Source of the DNA: a virus
Strand: one strand, 5' to 3'
Length of the DNA: 41,690 nt
IMG/VR virus record: IMGVR_UViG_3300002461_000119
Coordinates: 1 to 41,690 of that record
The position numbers were made by a program, and so were the translations under genes. A model generated the notes under the pieces. It saw nothing but the letters and a program-made list of their open reading frames with translations, ran no database searches and had not been told where the DNA came from. Below are positions 38,737-41,690 of the stretch, piece by piece (the stretch's first letter is position 1; every line of letters begins with the position of its first letter).

Positions 38737-39057
38737 TCATTTGATGGGCCATATTTGGTCAGGCCACAGTTTCTCTTTACTGTCCAAGCCGGTGTCATCC
38801 AGTTGACCCGCCTCAATCGCGATTTTCTTAGCTTCAACATTATGCACCACACGTCCGTGGTTTGTGATAAATTGGATGTCTTCTTCGAGGAACTTTCTAA
38901 GTCGTGGTGTTTCCTTTAACAGTTGGTTGTAGTAATCCATTACATGCGATGTAACGGGGATTGGGATAGTGACTTTACAATGCAAGTCTTCTCGAAAAGC
39001 ATAACCTTCGAGCACGAAACATGCACATGAAAGCCGTTCTTTATGAATAGGTTTCAC
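38737..39057 (-). CDS. hypothetical protein (106 aa; start uncertain)
   Basis: ORF track (GTG start overlapping the helicase end by 17 nt). The alternative ATG at 38940 lies inside a P17 copy but has no SD. Confidence 0.45.
   Translation of the reverse strand: MKPIHKERLSCACFVLEGYAFREDLHCKVTIPIPVTSHVMDYYNQLLKETPRLRKFLEEDIQFITNHGRVVHNVEAKKIAIEAGQLDDTGLDSKEKLWPDQIWPIK
38940..38954. repeat. P17 palindrome copy
   Basis: TTACATGCGATGTAA, perfect. In ORF 38737..39057, read VTSHVM. Confidence 0.9.
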
Positions 39058-40336
39058 GTTCGATGTCCACCAATGTATCCAGTGCGTAGGTCAACGATCC
39101 TGCGACGTTGAGGATGATGAGCTTTTCTTTTGCTCGGGTGACGGCGGTGTAAACGTTTTGACGGTTTGCGGCACGAGTACGAGAGCATACGAATAGAACA
39201 ACATCGAATTGTGAACCTTGAGATTTGTGTGTCGAAATAGCATACCCAAGATTGAGATAATGCCGAGGATCGTAGACATATTTTTCTCCTGTGGTTGGAT
39301 TAAACGCTTCCATCTGTGCAGAGATTTCGATGTCTCGGTCATCCATGTGAAGCCACATGGTGCCTTTTTCTGGATCAAAATCAAGCACACGTCCGATAGA
39401 ACCATTCATCAAGTTAAGGTTGTAGTCGTTCTGTGTCCAGATTACTTTGTCGTTCTTCTTAAAAGATCGTACGGTCATAGAGCCGTCTTTTTCTTTCTTG
39501 AAGATAGTAATCTTCGCTCTTTCAGGATTGAACCGTTGTTGAATAGCCTTGTTAAGGTTCTCCGTTCCGTGAACAGTCTTGTTGGTTGGGCAAATGATCT
39601 GCGCTTTGTCAGTCGTGAAGTCAATGTCTTGTGCAATAGTCAAGACACGGTTTTGAGTGTCAACGTTACCGATACGTAGAATTGAAACTTGATCGTTAGC
39701 CATAGGCATCTTGTTACGAATGACACGATCAGCGAGTTCAATGATACCGTCGGTTGAACGAAAGTTCTTTGTTAGTGTTACAGAAGGAAAGGTCTTGAGG
39801 TCCTTAGCGAACGGAGAGAAGTTAGGGTTCTTTCTGCCAGAGCTATCGTAAGTCCCGATAGGTGGAAGCTGGTTGATGTCTCCAAAGAAACGAATGATGC
39901 TGCCTCTTTTCATTGCATCAATGAGAGCACGACGCAAGTCTTCTGCAATCATAGATGCTTCGTCGATGAGGATAGCGTCAAATGGCATTGGGTTCATCTT
40001 CGAGTATGCGGGTAGTCCAAAATCGTCGTCGTCTTTAGGAACAGTGAAGCGTAACATCCGATGTGCCGTTGACGCTCGCAGTCCTGTAGCTTCTTGGATA
40101 CGCTTTGCTGCTCGACCAGTTGGAGCAGCAAGAGCGATGGAGAATTGTGGATCACCTGCAGGAGAATAACCTTTGGTGATTTCGAGTTCTTCTGTTAGTT
40201 TTTCATGTGACTTCTTAAGGATCGTTGTCTTACCTGTACCAGCTTGACCAGTCACACAAGCGATGCGAATGGATGTGTCGGCACAGAGTTCAACTGCTTC
40301 TTCCTGTTCCTTGGAGAGGATGATTTCAGTTTGCAT
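39041..40336 (-). CDS. RecD/Dda-like SF1 DNA helicase
   Basis: 431 aa. Motif I VTGQAGTGKTT, motif II ILIDEASM, GDINQLPPIG, C-terminal ISTHKSQGSQFDVV. Confidence 0.85.
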   Translation of the reverse strand: MQTEIILSKEQEEAVELCADTSIRIACVTGQAGTGKTTILKKSHEKLTEELEITKGYSPAGDPQFSIALAAPTGRAAKRIQEATGLRASTAHRMLRFTVPKDDDDFGLPAYSKMNPMPFDAILIDEASMIAEDLRRALIDAMKRGSIIRFFGDINQLPPIGTYDSSGRKNPNFSPFAKDLKTFPSVTLTKNFRSTDGIIELADRVIRNKMPMANDQVSILRIGNVDTQNRVLTIAQDIDFTTDKAQIICPTNKTVHGTENLNKAIQQRFNPERAKITIFKKEKDGSMTVRSFKKNDKVIWTQNDYNLNLMNGSIGRVLDFDPEKGTMWLHMDDRDIEISAQMEAFNPTTGEKYVYDPRHYLNLGYAISTHKSQGSQFDVVLFVCSRTRAANRQNVYTAVTRAKEKLIILNVAGSLTYALDTLVDIERETYS

Positions 40337-40550
40337 GTTTGACCTCGTCAGGGAAGAAAATTTGTTTTAGTGTTACAATGTCAACATTGTCAAACTGTTC
40401 CTCGGTGATGAAGTATTTGCTGATGATGCGTCGTTTTCCTCCACCGTTTACACTGGTTGTAACGGGTTCACCACGACACTTTGCATAAGCAACACGTCCA
40501 AGAAATGAGTAATACGAATAGAAGTAGAAGTCTTCTTGTTTTCCAGTCAT
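40326..40550 (-). CDS. hypothetical protein (74 aa)
   Basis: ORF track. AAAGGAAC upstream. 11-nt overlap with the helicase start. Confidence 0.55.
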   Translation of the reverse strand: MTGKQEDFYFYSYYSFLGRVAYAKCRGEPVTTSVNGGGKRRIISKYFITEEQFDNVDIVTLKQIFFPDEVKHAN

Positions 40551-40563
40551 TGCTTTTTGTTCC

Positions 40564-40597
40564 TTTTAAAAGTGGTGGTGGTCTTTCAACCACCACC
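40564..40597 (-). terminator. hairpin with short U-tract after the DUF669-like gene
   Basis: On the - strand: GGTGGTGG-TTGAAAGA-CCACCACC, then ACTTTTAAAA. Confidence 0.4.
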
Positions 40598-40600
40598 GAG

Positions 40601-40615
40601 TTACATCGGATGTAA
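40601..40615. repeat. P17 palindrome copy
   Basis: TTACATCGGATGTAA; the 17-mer 40600..40616 is perfect. Between the stop of 40628..41053 and hairpin 40574..40597. Confidence 0.9.
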
Positions 40616-40627
40616 CGTTTCTTATTG

Positions 40628-41053
40628 TTACACCGTTGCGAGAGCCGACACAGTCTCGACGTTGTTCACCGGAGCGTTCTGATAAACACTGGTGGACAGG
40701 AGGAGTTGTGCTTCCTTACCGATCCAGTCTTTCGGATCGAAGGTCGAGCCTTTCACTTCCACACCGAGGGCTTTCAGCAGTGCCTTGTACGGTGCAACAG
40801 TCCGACGGTTGTTCGGGTCGGGCAGCGCAACGCGAGAGTACACCACGTTAAGGCCATCAGGCGCGTTTGCAGCATCGTAGTCAGCCGGGAAGTCCGACGG
40901 ATCAATACGAAACTGCATGTACAGGTAACCTTGCGGTACTTTCTCAGAGTGGCGAATTTCAATGTCGCGCACTTCCGCACGGTAGGGTCCCGCAGGAAGC
41001 GGGGTGTATTCCACCATGTCTTCAATGTTACCTGCGAGTTGAATAACGTCCAT
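40628..41053 (-). CDS. DUF669-like protein (putative ssDNA-binding)
   Basis: 141 aa. N-terminal YTPLPAGPYRAEVRDIEIRHSEK...YLYMQFRI resembles DUF669-type phage proteins that accompany AAA_24 ATPases. Visibly G/C-richer gene, followed by a hairpin. Confidence 0.45.
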   Translation of the reverse strand: MDVIQLAGNIEDMVEYTPLPAGPYRAEVRDIEIRHSEKVPQGYLYMQFRIDPSDFPADYDAANAPDGLNVVYSRVALPDPNNRRTVAPYKALLKALGVEVKGSTFDPKDWIGKEAQLLLSTSVYQNAPVNNVETVSALATV

Positions 41054-41100
41054 GTTAGTCTCCTAGATTGCGAGGATTGGCTACCTCTGGTTGACGGGTG

Positions 41101-41115
41101 TTACATTGGATGTAA
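41101..41115. repeat. P17 palindrome copy
   Basis: TTACATTGGATGTAA; the 17-mer 41100..41116 is perfect. Intergenic, 47 nt before ATG 41053. Confidence 0.9.
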
Positions 41116-41145
41116 CAACCCGGTAGTATAACAAGGCTCGGCTTG

Positions 41146-41490
41146 TTATTGCGGGGCGCTTTCATCACCGGTGAAATGCGCAATTGTTTCGTGAAGCTTT
41201 TGCATAGCGTCGGGATCGTTGAGATTGATTTCTACAATGTCAAGACCTGTAGCATCATAGTTCTCTTCATCAAATTCAAATACCTTGAACACTGTCATGA
41301 CTTCGTTAGCAGCAAAGCTTTTCATGGTGTCTGAGACACCTTCAAGTCTGTGAACAGCAGTCATTGCGTCCCACATATTGAGAGGAGTGGCTTCAAGGCA
41401 AGAAACCGCAACCTGTAAATGATGGACAAAAAGTTTGATTGCGTCATCTTGCAAAATCATTAGTGGTGTGGTGGCTAACTCTTTATTCAT
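41146..41490 (-). CDS. hypothetical protein (114 aa)
   Basis: ORF track. ATGA overlap with the end of the Sak4-like gene. Confidence 0.6.
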   Translation of the reverse strand: MNKELATTPLMILQDDAIKLFVHHLQVAVSCLEATPLNMWDAMTAVHRLEGVSDTMKSFAANEVMTVFKVFEFDEENYDATGLDIVEINLNDPDAMQKLHETIAHFTGDESAPQ

Positions 41491-41690
41491 TTCGGAACCT
41501 CCGTTAGTTTACTACGTTTCGCTTTGAAAGCGTCGAATATCTTTACAAGACTTGTAGGTTGTTCTTCGTCAGGCTTTTCGATTGAGTATGGTAACTCAAA
41601 CTTAGGAACCTTTGTAGTGTCAAAGATACGGCTACCCATCGGAGTAAGGACACCATGAGGAGCGGTGTAAACTGTACGCCTATTACCACT
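41487..41690 (-). CDS. Sak4-like ATPase, 3' part of the ORF that starts at 691 (41597..41690 duplicates 1..94)
   Basis: Frame continuity checked by hand: ...KVPKF|ELPYSIEKPDEEQPTSLVKIFDAFKAKRSKLTEVPK, stop TGA at 41489..41487. Confidence 0.7.
   Translation of the reverse strand, partial: SGNRRTVYTAPHGVLTPMGSRIFDTTKVPKFELPYSIEKPDEEQPTSLVKIFDAFKAKRSKLTEVPK
41597..41690. repeat. terminal overlap, copy 2 (circular closure)
   Basis: Identical to 1..94. Confidence 0.9.

Noticed and set aside
40051-40067. Degenerate or half P17-like sites (also 257..271, 2144..2156, 3769..3783, 5444..5456, 8438..8452, 19246..19260, 22131..22147, 40448..40462)
   Set aside because: Each has two or more arm mismatches or only one arm present. 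They are not counted among the 51 copies. Several keep the same x-T-x-x-V reading frame and may be decaying copies.
32905-41490. Lysogeny module (integrase, CI/Cro-type switch) or a recognisable defence or anti-defence system
   Set aside because: No tyrosine or serine recombinase motifs, no divergent repressor pair, no att-like repeat, and no recognisable toxin-antitoxin, methyltransferase or Acr-associated HTH operon were seen. The small acidic proteins (25241..25477, 28428..28766, 5265..5429) could be DNA mimics, but composition alone is insufficient evidence.
1-41690. P17 copies as a CRISPR array or as phage-RNAP/sigma70 promoters
   Set aside because: Spacing is irregular (20 bp to 2.3 kb), the unit is only 17 bp, and half the copies lie inside ORFs, so this is not a CRISPR array. 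The motif is symmetric, often ends only 3-25 nt from start codons, and no phage RNAP gene is present, so it cannot be a conventional promoter set. It is strongly over-represented, which is the opposite of restriction-site avoidance.

Overview
This window holds one complete, circularly closed tailed-phage genome. The first 94 nt (1..94) recur exactly at 41597..41690 and the repeat lies inside a gene. The unit genome is therefore 41,596 bp, and the window ends are assembly or permutation points, not biological termini. A ~1-kb non-coding control region (10236..11245) separates two divergent arms that converge on a bidirectional terminator (32876..32906). The plus arm (11246..32847) carries small and large terminase, portal, scaffold, major capsid, tail/adaptor proteins and two paralogous tail fibres. 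It continues with lysis genes (M15 endolysin, membrane proteins, overlapping i-/o-spanin pair) and internal-virion/ejection proteins ending in a 1,349-aa giant. This is a podovirus-like layout without a phage RNA polymerase. The minus arm runs from 10235 down through 1 and wraps to 41596..32905. It carries about 25 small early genes followed by DNA-metabolism genes: HNH endonuclease, Cas4-like exonuclease, Sak4-like ATPase, DUF669-like protein, RecD/Dda-like helicase, family-A DNA polymerase with an N-terminal UDG-like domain, MazG-like pyrophosphatase and dNMP kinase. I saw no integrase or lysogeny module, phage RNAP, recognisable primase, tRNA or CRISPR array. Several sigma70-type promoters suggest host-RNAP transcription, and the spanins and lipoboxes imply a Gram-negative host. 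The main unexplained signal is a highly iterated 17-bp palindrome, GTTACAT-N3-ATGTAAC, called P17 here. There are at least 51 copies. 24 are intergenic, and 16 copies overall lie 3-25 nt upstream of a start codon. The other 27 lie inside genes, and all 27 are read in the same frame as x-T-x-x-V-x (typically VTSDVT). All functional calls rest on motif recognition by eye and on synteny; no database search was possible.
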